Shown: positions 1-12,649, numbered from the stretch's first letter. The stretch: 64,000 nucleotides of DNA from Octopus vulgaris (GCA_951406725.2 OX597817.1:173600001-173664000); one strand, 5' to 3'. The notes: generated from the sequence alone by a model not told the origin. A program made the numbers and translations.

Positions 1-594
1 ACTTCTTAACAATATACACACATCGAGTACATCTAAGAGGTAGAGTCACTCTCAATTACAAAATATTAGCTAAAAACAAGTTCTATTATTATTAAAAGTA
101 GTTGACTTCAGTTATTTTACTTAAGCAACATATATATAATACTGAAGAAGTCAATCACTCTTGTGATACAATAAAATGCACTCTTTTAAGTGTAAAGTTG
201 ATATTAGGGGATATGGGGAGCATCCAGCTATGAAACTCATACTGAAAAAGGAACAAATAAATGAAGGGAGGATAGAGTGGGCTCTTTACCCTGCCATAGA
301 CAGCCTCTTGTACCACCAGCACCAGAGAGATTATCTATGGCAGAAATAAAATCTACCCAATCCATGCTGTAAAGTGGTTAGAGATAGGAAGGGCATCCAG
401 CTGTAAAAATCATAGCAAAACAAGGAACAGAGAAATGGTGGAAGGGTAGAGAGGATTCTTTTTTAGCTCCACCATAAACAAGCTGTCTAAGTGTCAACAA
501 CTTGTATGAGAACGTTGTTATTCATTATAATTTACTTTAAAGCTAATGCATTTACATTAAGGGAAGAGAAGCGATTATACAAACAAATACTCAC

Positions 595-606
595 AAACTG
601 TGGGGC
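595..606 (-). CDS. LNPK: Candidate 12-nt symmetric microexon of lunapark (G-PTV-x)
   Basis: ttgtttcttttag|GCCCCACAGTTT|gtgagt. Canonical acceptor and consensus intronic donor bases; open in phase 1. Confidence 0.45.
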
Positions 607-897
607 CTAAAAGAAACAATATACACACATCTAATATACCTAAAAGGCTGAATCACTCTCAATTATCGAACCTTAGCTGAAAACAAGTAACATGTGGAGG
701 TATACTCATACAGAAATACTGTAAAACTGACAAACATTTTGTGAGCTTACAGCACCAAGCTATAGACTATATGGACCTGGGCCATAATTGTAGTGCTCAG
801 ACCATAACCCTATTCCCATCAAACGTAACCTCACTACGCTTAACTGAATTCAATATAAATAAAGACACCTTGGGTTACAAGATATCACAATTCTAAT

Positions 898-1116
898 ATA
901 GCATTTAAACTGGCCATATCTGGCCAAAATATTCTTCCTGTTTTATGCTCAAACTGGTTACATCAAGCATCTCACACTTACCCTGCAATGTTAGTCTAAA
1001 AATGCACAGTCACATAATCAAAATCTCAAGGCTATAAGATAATGTAGGATAAATTCTAAACAATGTGAATAAATAAGGGTTACATTTGATAGAATAACCT
1101 GAATGCTAAAGACTTA
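898..1116. mobile_element. Degenerate piggyBac-type MITE copy, inverted relative to 14731 and 53900
   Basis: Reverse-complement similarity to the TTAA-flanked MITEs at 14731..14957 and 53900..54113. Confidence 0.55.
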
Positions 1117-1317
1117 ATAGCAAATCAACAAGGAGACTCTTTGAGTGAAATTGCTTGACTTGCTAAAACTAACAGCCAGTTCTCCCTGTCATCTTAAAAA
1201 AAAAGAAAATTGAATTATGCAGTTTGAGATAAAAAAATGGATAGTCATGTCTAAAATACTTATCATATGTCTGCTCAGCAAGAGTTGACATAGGGCTGAA
1301 CTACAATTAATTCCTAC

Positions 1318-1329
1318 CGACACAGTGAA
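1318..1329 (-). CDS. Weak candidate 12-nt symmetric microexon (V-HCV-G)
   Basis: tttccacattcttgttag|TTCACTGTGTCG|gtagga, open in phase 1. Could be a chance match. Confidence 0.25.
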
Positions 1330-2051
1330 CTAACAAGAATGTGGAAACTAACATTAATCAAATACAATGCTCACAAAAGCCGTCCCCAATAAACGTGTTA
1401 TTGCAATCTTTAAAAAGTCCCCAAATACCTCATTTCTTGCTATAATCTTCATGCAGAAGGTCATGATAATAATCATCATTATCATTTTAATGTCCATGTT
1501 TCCATGCTTGCATGGGTCAGTTGGAATACACTGAGGCCTATTTTCTACCTTTCCAAGCAAGGTAATATTTCCTTGTGGCTGGACATGTTTTCATAGAAGA
1601 TTATATTCATTTATAACTATCATGCAATGTCAAGACCAAGTGATATAAACACATATATACATTCATACATGATACACAAAATTATGAGGACACAAGCATT
1701 TTCTTACCCAACCTATATTACAACTATTTACCATACCCTAATCATATTTGACAAATTTATCAGGTAAAAAATACTTCAGTAATTGAACTAAACATTGATA
1801 CAACTTTTAATTATTGTACATTGTCCACTCTTCAAGAATACAGAAACCATTTGACATTCCTCTAACAGACAGAATATTGTGGATGCTGAAAGTTTGATAT
1901 TTTAAGTAGTATCTCTCTGGATTTCAAATTTTTCCTGTACAACAACTTTCCATAATAAATGTAGATGATGACTTTCAGGCTTCAAGAGTTAACTGAAGAT
2001 GAAAGGGAAAATAAAAGCTTTGAATATAATAGAAAAGAAAACAATATTTAC

Positions 2052-2195
2052 CATATGTTAAACTCAATTTTGATTCTGGTGCTTGAAGAGCTGGGTTAGA
2101 CAGCGATGGCTGAGGTGATACAAGATCAAGTTTTGGTGCCTGAGGCCGTTGCTTTTTGGCTGGATTTAAATAGTAACAGTAGCAGCACCGAAAGC
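2052..2195 (-). CDS. LNPK: Lunapark coding exon, second half of the zinc ribbon (SFRCCYCYYLNPAKKQRPQAPKL...LTY), 144 nt, phase 1-1
   Basis: Acceptor ttttattttatag and donor G|gtaaat. Contains the FRCxYCxxLNPAxKxRPxAPxL motif. Confidence 0.95.
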
Positions 2196-3300
2196 CTATA
2201 AAATAAAACATAAAACACCATGAAAAAAAACTTAAGCATTTTTAGAAGAAACTCAGAATGAGTCATGTAATGAGACAATTAACTCAGCTCTAAACCTTGG
2301 AAACGTTAATTTGTAAGCAATCACTTGATTGGTTACTTTCATCTCAAAAAGCGATAACAGACAACTCAGTCACATGCTGCATTTTTAAGAGTGCAAGTGA
2401 CAAGGTGACCAGGTGACCAGGTGACAAGGTAACCAGGTGTTTCTATCTCATAATTTATGAGTGTTTTGAATCCAGCTGAATCATCATCCTCCTAACATCT
2501 GTTTTCCATGCTGGACAATGATTGGATGGTTTGACCAGAGCTGGCACCCAGAGAGCAGGTTTCAGTCTGATTTGGCTTGATTTCTATGGCTGGATGCCCT
2601 TCCTGATGCCAACCACTTTACAGTGTGTGATGGGTGCTCTTAATATGGCACCAGCACCAGTGTTTTTATGTGGTACCAGCTCAGAACTCTTGCAGGCTAA
2701 TCCTAAACTGTAACTAGTAGTAAAGATTTTGTCCTTCATAATCAAAGATGAATAGGTGATAAGATTAAATACATACAATAAATATCCAATTTTACAAGAT
2801 TTATCATGTATCCATTGTCTAGAACTGAACTGAAAATTTTTATATTGTTTTTATTCATTATGCAACAGTTTCCAATCCAAAATACAGTGAAGGCAGAAAT
2901 ATAAAGATGAGATCATTAGACTGAAAACATATTTATTAGTGAGGGAATAACTTATCTGAAGCATAAAATAAATAAACTGACTTGAAAATTTGTTTACACA
3001 CTTGATATGAATTATTGTTCATCACAAAAAAGTTGAAGTTACAGAAAAATATATATTAGTATTATCTGATTCAAAGTCAGAATAATACAAATAAAAGGTA
3101 GGAATTTTGTTCAGCCAGAAATAGAAGAGAATTCCTAGGATAATTACTTTTATAATGAAAAAAAAAAAAAAATCAATTAATCATATATGTGAAGTGATTG
3201 AGGGAGCAGAGTAATCTACCTTTCTAAAAGGAATAATCCAATGAGGGGGGGGGTGATAAAATGGTTGTGGCAAACTGAATAAGCTTTGAACTAAACTTAC

Positions 3301-3468
3301 TTATAAATTCAAACTCTTCTCTTATTGCCATTCCGTTATGGGAATGGCAGTAGCGGCATATCAGAGCATATCTGTTTTGGGGCCCTTCACCGACTACATA
3401 GTCAACAAGTTTGTCAAAAGTTGTCCTGTCTCTTGGCGGTACAGGCCTTGGAATTGGAGGGCCTGGAC
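3301..3468 (-). CDS. LNPK: Lunapark coding exon, first half of the zinc ribbon (GPGPPIPRPV...VGEGPQNRYALICRYCHSHNGMAIREEFEFI), 168 nt
   Basis: Acceptor tttgttctag and donor A|gtaagt. Diagnostic GPQNRYALICxxCxSHNGMAxxEEFE motif. Confidence 0.97.
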
Positions 3469-4763
3469 CTAGAACAAATAAATAAATAAAACATACCTTT
3501 TATTCATAGATAGATAGATAGATAGACAGACAGATAGATAGATAGACTCACAGATAGATAGATAGACAGACAGACATTAGCCATGAAATTTCATTTGAAA
3601 CCTCAGTTGCAACAACAACATGTTGTATTTTGGTAGGATCCTATCAATCAACTCATTCATTGTTAATTAATTATTCACTTCCTTATATAATTAGTTACAT
3701 TTATCATTGAAGTCTATAGTTACACTCTTGAGACCAATTCATTGATTTCTTTTTAGTCATTGATCTTCACTGTTTACCTTTATTAATTAGGAAATTAATA
3801 GCAGAATCCTACCGGAATACACTACAAGATTTCAAAATACAAAACATACTTTATGAAATCTTATGAAAATCAAACTAAAATTTTGCTTAGACATCAACAA
3901 ATAAATTTAATTAAAGACCAGGAATTGATAGAGTCATTAAAGCAGCAGATAGAATGCCTTGTATTTGCTCTCAGTTCAAATCGCAGGTCAACGCTGCTCT
4001 TTTCATCCTGTCATCATACTTTTAGGGTTGATAAAGTATGAATCAAATATGCTAAGGCAGAGTCCTCTCTCTCTCACACACACACACACACACTCACACA
4101 GAGAACTGCTCATCATGCTGTGCTGTGAGAACAGCACCCACAGTGTCCTTTTCTTTAGAAATGGTGAAGGGTTGAGTGAGAGCCTATTTCATAGAAAAAC
4201 TGATATGCTACAGAACTGTGAAAAGATGAACTGATGAGCAGTTCACAGTTGGAGATACAAGAGGTAATCACAAGACAAAAAGCTAAAACATTTTAATTAC
4301 TGTTTAAACCAAATTAAAGTAATACATATACACAAAGAAGTGAAGTTTAATTTCAAATTATACAAAATATTCTAATTATTTCTTTTTTCAAAGATTAAAA
4401 AAATATTTTTATGGTATTTATGAAGTTCCTCAAATCTCAATTCAATGTTGATGACATAGAAACAAAAATATTAAAATAGGGTCGCAAGATGTGAGAAACA
4501 TTAGATATTTTATAGGAATTGTGATGGTTTAAATCAGTGGTGAAAATTAGATGAAAATATGTAAAAGTATTGTGAGCAGGTGGTTGTCATCATAAGCAGA
4601 GATAAGTGAAGGAGGAGACGGAATGAATTAAGAACAGGGATTTATAAAGAATTTAACAAAAGATAAAGATAACTGGAAAAGCAACACTGTGAATTTGCAA
4701 AACAATTCATATTACTGATGTCAAATTAGGAAATTATTATTAACAACCAACAAATGTACTGAC

Positions 4764-4928
4764 CATAACCAGAGTGCAACATTGGCCTTTGGCTACCATT
4801 TATCTGAAAATTGCCTGGTATAGAAGCTGGAGTATGAGGTAATCTTTGAGGAGTTGACATTGGGTGCACCTGAGATGGCATTCTCATTACTGGGGTAACT
4901 TGGGTGGTTACAATTCGATGACGCACAC
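4764..4928 (-). CDS. LNPK: Lunapark coding exon, Pro/Gln-rich linker (GVRHRIV...HSGY), 165 nt, phase 1-1
   Basis: Acceptor atatatttag and donor G|gtcagt. Lies within ORF 4726..4971 and is in frame with flanking exons. Confidence 0.88.
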
Positions 4929-5740
4929 CTAAATATATATACATATAAATAAACAAAAAATAACTCAACAAAATAGCAAAATGAAATGTTTATTTAAAAA
5001 GTGATACCCTTTCTCAAGATGAATAAAAATTAAGAAAGCAGTTTTGAGTGCTGTAACGAAGTAGATACATTAGTGAAAAAAAAAAATCAAAGACAGAATG
5101 AGCTTAGTGAGTAAGACAGGCAGACAGAGTGTGTGTGTGTGTGTGTGTATTTCTCAGAGTAGTGCAATTCAGTATTACATAGTTGGTAAGGTCAATGTGT
5201 AGCTATTTTCCACCTGCTTGCTACCCTCTTGTTTAGTTCACTGCTGCTGGCTAGACCCGCATATGATGAACTGGAAAACAGCTTGGTACATGAGTTCTCC
5301 CTGCCAATACACACCAAAATTTCTACCAGGCATTTCCAAAGCCACATATAATAAGTGGGTCTCTTGCAGCCCCAGGTTGACTGGGAACAGATCTCAAAAC
5401 AGAAGTACTTCCCCACCCTCAGATACAAACATGCAGGCCCAAGCTGATGGATATGTTTTGGCCAGTTCAGAGAGTATTTTTTATTATGGTGTTGAAACCT
5501 AAACTATGAAGCAGAAGCCTGAAGAGTGTCAGGATGGTACATGCACCAAATATCTCTTGAAAGCTGAACAGCACATCATACAAGATGTTATATTTTGGAG
5601 AAACACACCACAAAGTCAAGCATTTGTCAAAGGCCATGGGATGCAGAGATTCCTGCAGAAACAGAATTTGTAATACAGTTGGGTGGGTTTTAAATGTGTA
5701 TCTGGTTGTTTAGGGAGGAATTCACAGATAGAGAATAAGA

Positions 5741-5900
5741 GCAGGCATGGCTGTGTAGTTAAGAAGTTTACTTCCTAACCATGAATTTTTGCTTCAATCC
5801 TACTGTGTGGTACCTTGGGCAAGTATCTTCTACAAAAGGCACAGTCCAACCAACGTTTCTGAGTGGATTTGATAGGCAGAAATTGAAAGAAGCCTATCAT
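5741..5900 (+). mobile_element. tRNA-derived SINE, 5' part followed by microsatellites
   Basis: Head ggcatggctgtgtagttaagaag...ccttgggcaagt...gagtggatttg is shared with many copies in the window. Confidence 0.7.
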
Positions 5901-6035
5901 ACAAACATACGCTCGTGTGTGAGTCTCTCTCTCTCTCTCTCTCTCTATACATATATATATATATATATATATATTTCTGTATGCATATATACATATACAT
6001 TTAAACATACACAAACAGGCATACATACATATATG

Positions 6036-6093
<58 letters not shown>

Positions 6094-6125
6094 TAAATAT
6101 ATATATGTATGTATATATATATATA

Positions 6126-6361
6126 TATGGTTGCCCAAAAGTCACCTGACAGTAAATCAAAACCATTTAATTCCAAGATTAAAACAAAAAATTATTATAT
6201 GTGAGACTTCGTTAATAAATAGACAAATGTTGAAAACAAAAAGCAGTGGTTTTGATTCATAGTATTCAATTATTAAACATTCATAATTGGAATGAATAAA
6301 ATTGAATATTAAGTATTTATGGAATTTTGATTTACTGTCAGGGGACTTTTGGACAACTCTG
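6126..6361. mobile_element. Tc1/mariner-type MITE (~235 bp) with terminal inverted repeats
   Basis: Left gttgcccaaaagtcacctgacagtaaatcaaaa versus right ttttgatttactgtcaggggacttttggacaac; TA context at both ends. Confidence 0.8.
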
Positions 6362-7526
6362 TATAATGTGTGTGTGTGTGTGTGTGTGTGTGCATGCATA
6401 AATGTGTGTGTGTGCATATCCTTGTCTTGACATCATCATCATCATCATCATCATTCGAGCAGTGTACTTTGTTTCTAATCTTGTGAAAATATATTTGGCC
6501 AAGGCTAAGTTTACCATTACTTGGCCCTGTGGATGTTCGAAGTAGGTTTATGCATTATTTTTTTAATTTTTGTTTTATTCTATTTTCTCTGAGTGCAATA
6601 AATATGCGAAAGATATTATGGAATTTATGGAATTCTTTGTAATTTTGTTCTCTGTGTTTGGACGTTTGTGTTGTTGCATATCTCTCACTCTATCTCATCA
6701 TGTTCATCCATTGGAGTGCCAAGGACCGTCTAGTCATCCTAAAGGATGGTTGATGACAGGTGCAGTGACTTTATTCAAAGTGTAGAACAGTTGCACACCA
6801 CCAGCTTCAACCTCTCACCTTGACCATCTGCAATCCAGTAGCAAGACAACTGAGGATGCAGACAGATGCAGTGGGTAACCCCAATGCGGATCCCTGCATC
6901 CCACAATGCGGCTCTCTGCAGCTGCCTCCCTCTTTGTTGAATCACAAAGGTTTCTCCCACAGAGTCCACCAGTTCCAGTCTCCATATTCATATTCATAGA
7001 CGAGCAAACCCTAATATGCAAATTAACTCTTAGCTGGAACCCTAACAGGTGCTACTACTCTGGGTCAGAGTAAGCCTGGGAACAATAATGGCTAAGAAGT
7101 GGTTCCACACTACTCTAAGGTCTGGAAAGCTGAACCAGAGCCCTACAATTGGATGCAGTTTAAAGTCAGACTCCGAACATACCTTCCTATCTATTCACAC
7201 ACAAAAACAAACACATGACTTCACATGTTTTCTGAGAAGAAACAAGAAGCAAGACAAAATATCCAACATGAATAGTTAAACTGATTTGCACACTTCTACT
7301 AGAAATTCAATGTCACACCATACTAAACTACTTTTTATGTTTATCAGATAAATCTAAGTCTTTAAGAAATGGAGCTTGGTTAATTATCTAGTCCTAAATT
7401 AATAGGGCAGGAGCAGGGGAACAAAGACCCACAACATGTTACACACCTGTTTGCATGAAGTTTACCAAAAGTTAGTCAAGCAAAACTTTTTGAAATAATT
7501 ACTCAAATTTTATAATGTTGATGAAG

Positions 7527-7830
7527 CGATGGCTGTATGGTAAGAAGTTTACATCCAAATCACATGATTGCAGGTTCATTCCCACTAGGCAAGTGTCTCC
7601 TACTATAGCCCTGGGCTGATCAAAACTTTGTCATCAGTGGATTTGGTAAACAGAAACTGAAAGAAACCCATTGTGTGCATGTGTGTGTCTTTGTGTTGTA
7701 TTTGTCTTCCAACACCACTTGACAACCAATATTTGTTTGTTTACATCCCCATAACTAAGCAGTTTGGTAAAAGAGATAAATCGTATAAATACTAGACTTA
7801 AAAAAACCCTTTAAGGGTCAATCTTCCAGG
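7527..7830 (+). mobile_element. tRNA-derived SINE, diverged copy
   Basis: Same head, core and tail as 25346..25710. Confidence 0.7.
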
Positions 7831-9299
7831 CAGGGCTCCAGCATTCTTTTTCCTGCTGCTTCCCATCACTCCTTGTTGCCTCCCGCTTCCATTCTTATGG
7901 ATTTGAATTGGGAGCTTGAGTCATAGTGAATCTTTCCTCAGCTGATTACACAACCATGGACTCTACCCCTAGGGATGCACTGCGGTTACTCTCCTGATAG
8001 AACTTGGTGACCCTGACCATTGATCTTCTAGGCTTCTTCCACTGCTCAGCATAAATGGAAGAAGCACATTTGTTGGTGCAGCTGAGCTCTTCCGCTACTT
8101 CTTCACAATCCACCATGCTGCAGCCCCATGGCTTCATCATATCCCTAACAGGGTGGATGAATGGGTGCCATGCTTTGCCCAAGGCCAGCCTGTAACTATG
8201 CAGGGCACAGTCGTCACTCCGTCAGGTATTTTCAAAATACCTGCATAAGTAGCAGGTTGACATTGCTTTCCAGATTCCTAAACTTAGTAAATAAAAATGG
8301 ATGCTATACTTGAAAGGTGGCTGGTGTAAGCCCGTACGTGTCTCATTGAAAAACACAATTCATAGCCTATTAATTTGCTTCATATCTCCTAAAGTTAATA
8401 TTCAACTCAAAGGTTAACATAAAAGATAACTAATTTATCTGGTCTAAATTACTCATTGTCATGTATAATGGTCACTTATCAGCAGCTAAGTTTACTACAA
8501 GGAATATTCTATTTCTGAGAATTTAACTTCTTTACTGATTTCCAGGAATTTGACAAGTCAACAAACAAGTTACCTTGATGTGAAACATCTTGAGGGACTT
8601 CAAAAGCTATTCTCTTTAGGTATTTATTCAAGTTATTTATAGCAATCCAACAAGGGAGTGTCAACATGATCATTCTAAATGGTCAAGCAACACTCTGCAG
8701 TAATGATGTGGCAAGAAATAACAACCAAAACCTTCTCAAATCACACCCTCCTGTGTCTTAAAACCAGAAGACATGGTAAATAATGTAGTCCTTGTTATAC
8801 AAAAAGGTGGATTATTCATTAAACATATGTATTAAATATAGTTTTGGTAGGATCTGTGATATATACACATGCATGCACGCGCACGCACACACACACACAC
8901 AATGATAGTCTCTTGTTGTCTGAGATAGACATCTGCAATTTTTTGCAGAACAACCTGCAGAATTGATTTCTTTATAGTGATCAAATGTTTGGGCTGTGCA
9001 TTATCCCCCTCTCTCCATCAAATTAACTTTGCCTGAACGGGTGCATAGTGTAAAACATGTGAGGTGTCAAAGTGACTGCACAATGCACTACCTGGTCCTG
9101 GAATTGAAATCACAATCTTGTGATCTTCAGTGCAACACCCTAACCACTGGGCCACCTGCCCCCACCACATATGATGTATATATATTTATATGCACACATA
9201 CAGACACACATTATAGTTATATAAATATAACACATATACAGTGTCATCAAGAATAAAAACACTGACATAGCTTAAACTAGAGACCCATTATTGGCATAA

Positions 9300-9663
9300 A
9301 TATTCTTTTATTCATTTCAGTCATTTGACTGCAGCCATGTTGAAGCACCACCTTTAGTCAAGCAAATTGATTCCAGGACTTATTCCATCAGTCTCTTTTG
9401 CCGAACTGCTAAGTTACGGGGACGTAAACACACCAGCATCAGTTGTCAAGCAATGTTGGGGGACAAACATAGACACACATACACACACACATATATATAT
9501 ATGATGGGCTTCTTTCAGTTTCCGTCTACCAAATCCATTCACAAGGCTTTGGTCAGCCCAAGGCTATAGTAGAAGACACTTGCCCAAGGTGTCACACAGT
9601 GGGACTGAACCCAGAACCATGTGGTTAGCAAGCAAGCTACTTACCACACAGCCACTCCTGCAC
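9300..9663 (-). mobile_element. tRNA-derived SINE, near full length
   Basis: High similarity to 25346..25710; internal (CA/TA)n. Confidence 0.85.
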
Positions 9664-9824
9664 CTTATATACAGTTTACAAAACCTTTTAGCTAATTCTT
9701 TCAAGACTACTACAAGTCCACCAAGATACAGATTGATAAATAGGCAGGTGGAAGGAAGGGAATGTAAAATGAAGCTGTGTTGCTGGATATATGAAAATTC
9801 CAGAGAAAGCTTGTGGGAGCATGC

Positions 9825-10200
9825 TTTGATTGAACCCAGTTTTTCTCTGAGATCGTCTGTGCTCTGTTGCTCATGCACACTAACATTATACATCTGGCAA
9901 AGCATGCTTGCCTCATTTCTTTCCAGTTCGCACAATCTCAGGATGCAATGCCCTGGTTTTGTTGCCATGCAACATTGCAATTTATACTATTTATCCTTCG
10001 CTTGGAAACAGAGTCCCTTTTGTTGTTGTCAGAGGTAATAGCTCATTAAATTTTTTCCAATCCATTCTTACTCTGACTACTTTGCTGTCATAGCACTGAA
10101 CTTCATTGCTAATTAAATGACATAGAGGGAAGCTGTCAACTACAACTACAGGGCCTTTTGAGCATTTAAAAGTGTTCATTTCATGGATGTTATTACTGCT
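9825..10200 (-). mobile_element. RTE-clade LINE fragment (RT C-terminal region)
   Basis: ORF 9564..9980 contains LERNEASMLCQMYNVSVHEQQSTDDLREKLG, homologous to the RTE copy at 24289..24668. Confidence 0.75.
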
Positions 10201-10816
10201 AACTACTCTCAGCAGCTACCTTCCATCAGTGGACATGTGACCCACACCTTACACACCCTGTGCATCCATAGTTTATTTTGGGAACACCATACAGCATTCC
10301 CAATTACTTTCTTTCTTTGTATAAAGTGTGGCCACTTCCCAAAGTCCTAACTTCTTTCTAAGTAAAACATTTGACCAATGCCATGTGAGTGAATTTGGTA
10401 GATGAAACTGTAGGAAACCTATCATATGAATATTGTGTGCACACATGCATGTGCATAAGTATGTATGTGTGTATGTAAATATAAACTGCATCTGGTAGTG
10501 GAGGCCTGGTACAGGAGTTCCAGGGCTTTGAGGAGTGTGGAACCACCTCTTAGCCACTTTTGTTCCCAGATCTATGACCCAGAGTTATAGCACCTGTTAG
10601 GGTCCCAGCTCTGAGTTAATAACATGTGGACCAATGGTGCCCTAGTTCTTGTTAAAATTTCCTTCTAGGAGAAGGTAAACTTATATAAAAGAAACCTAAA
10701 ATGCAGTTGGTTTCTGGTTGTTTCAAACTCTGTTGTTCCACTGGGTTTATAGCTGATTGTTCTGAAAAGTGGATTCAGTGCTATCCACTCAAATGACTTC
10801 CACTCTGTGAGTGTGT

Positions 10817-10863
<47 letters not shown>

Positions 10864-12243
10864 AATGCTGACATCCCATAGTTTCACTTAGGTGAAACAG
10901 CAAATGATGTTTACATTCCTTGTTGGATTTATGACCAGTTTCAGTACTTTTGAAGACCAATGAAATTCTGCTTCAAACACATTTCCATCCAAGCCATGCT
11001 AGCAGAGGAAAATGAACATTAAATAAGAGAGCAAATGAACAAATACATATGTTTGCAAGTGAGTAGATGTGCACAAAGGTGTTTGCTGCTAAAGCCACAC
11101 TAATTGCTAACACTGCTCTTAGTTTACTTATCTAAAAAGACCCAATTAAGTAGTTGAAATTGTCTTAAATTACTGCCTTAGTTGGCAGTAATGACACCCA
11201 TGAAATAAACTCGTACTTTTTGTTTAACATATCAAACATATACAGCAGCAATGTCAGCCACCTTTCCTGGCTTATAATATTTCCCACCAATATTAATTTA
11301 CAAAGATTCAAGATGAACATTCATAGCATCAATCTCACCAACCTGGGGAGAGGGGCTACAAAGGCCATTGAAAATGTTCAGTCCACAAGATCCAGCAAGT
11401 GGAAAAACAAAAAACAAACAAAAAATGAATATGTTACTTTTCAGCTAAACACAACAGATCTTCCGGAACATTTTCCAGAGATGCAGTTTCAATAACTGAT
11501 TCATCTATTTTTATATTTTCAACTAAGTTCCCTTTCATACTCCTAATACTGGGACACTGTATATTCCATCTGTCTGTATATTAAAAAGAAAGTCTCTGTT
11601 GAGGATGTTACTCTTGAATGTATCTTTAGTTACACAGAGAAAGTTCTTCTCTCTACTGTTTGTCTAAGATACCTTGCCCTGGTATATAAGAATATTTGTT
11701 ATCGTTGTATATCATGCAAGACTATCACAACTGAATACTCTTCCTACTGCTAACCCCTTTACACTGGCACTATAGACATAATAGGCCAAGAATAAAAGTT
11801 CTTTATTCTGTATTGGTTTTATTAATAGTTTGAAGTGATATCATATAATACACATATGTATGTTGCAATTTGGAGTTAGACCAGGTCTCATGTCCGAGAA
11901 TAATTAAATACCACAACATGTTGCTACTTGATACATCATCCCTTATATTTGTTAGAGGATTCAGATCTCCATTGAGGGCTTGTCACTAGGTATGATAGAA
12001 GCTGACCAAAAGATCAGAAGCAGTAAAGTTCCCTTTTTGAGTAAGCCATAAAAAGATAGTGAAATAAGAAAGAAAAAAAATCCAAACTTAGCTTACCTTT
12101 AATAGATCAATAAAAAGTTTGGTACTTTAAATTAAATTTTAAAATAAATGTTTATAAAAGGTGTCAGAGTGATAGAGTATGTGCAACAACAGGCGAGAAG
12201 AAGGTTAGTAAAGTAGATGAATTGTTAATAGTCTCGTGTTATA

Positions 12244-12447
12244 TTAACCCTTTTGAGACTCTTGTTATATTAAAACACACTGTCTACATGCTACAATTAA
12301 TTTTGAAAATATTCACAAATTCAGAGGTTTCTAATACAAAGACCAAATTTTTCATTATTAATCTAATGACTGGCACACAGTAAAAGGCTTTAATTTAAAA
12401 TACAAATCAAGGTATGGTTTCAAGTGGAGTAGTATCAAAAGGGTTAA
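12244..12447. mobile_element. piggyBac-type MITE
   Basis: TTAA-CCCTTTTGA ... TCAAAAGGG-TTAA termini. Confidence 0.75.
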
Positions 12448-12649
12448 TATCCTGTTGTTTTTAAGACAAAATATTTTAAGTTGAAAGGAAAGTGTAACTG
12501 TCAGTATGCAGTTACATCAACATGCCTTACAGAATATTAGGCTTAGTTACAGATTAGGGATTCAGTTCTGAAAGAAAAAGAAATCCTATTAGAATTTTAG
12601 GGAAAAAAGTCAAACATTTCTGGTAGTAGAATGAGTCTTTGTTACATAC

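Noticed and set aside
1975-2051. Read-through of the zinc-ribbon exon to the stop at 1975 as the lunapark C-terminus
   Set aside because: A donor (G|gtaaat) sits at 2051 and the extension is T-rich, intron-like sequence. Only transcript data could support it.
2396-2440. Short tandem duplications (8-bp unit here; 19-bp at 14471; ~26-bp at 33068; ~90-bp at 36617)
   Set aside because: Ordinary slippage products with no functional evidence.
4225-4250. CTGATGA cores as possible hammerhead ribozymes (also about 14290 and 51739)
   Set aside because: No correctly placed stem II plus GAAA and cleavage triplet.
5775-6176. ORFs rich in Y/I/C/V/H/T here and at 17976, 24978..25390, 55387 and 63750
   Set aside because: They are translations of (TA)n/(CA)n microsatellites.
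8574-8588. 15-nt phase-compatible segment with a gtaact donor
   Set aside because: The acceptor is AAG with no polypyrimidine tract and upstream AGs.
12097-12124. Strong-looking donor AAG|gtaagc near 12096
   Set aside because: The nearest acceptor gives 28 nt with an in-frame stop and is weak.
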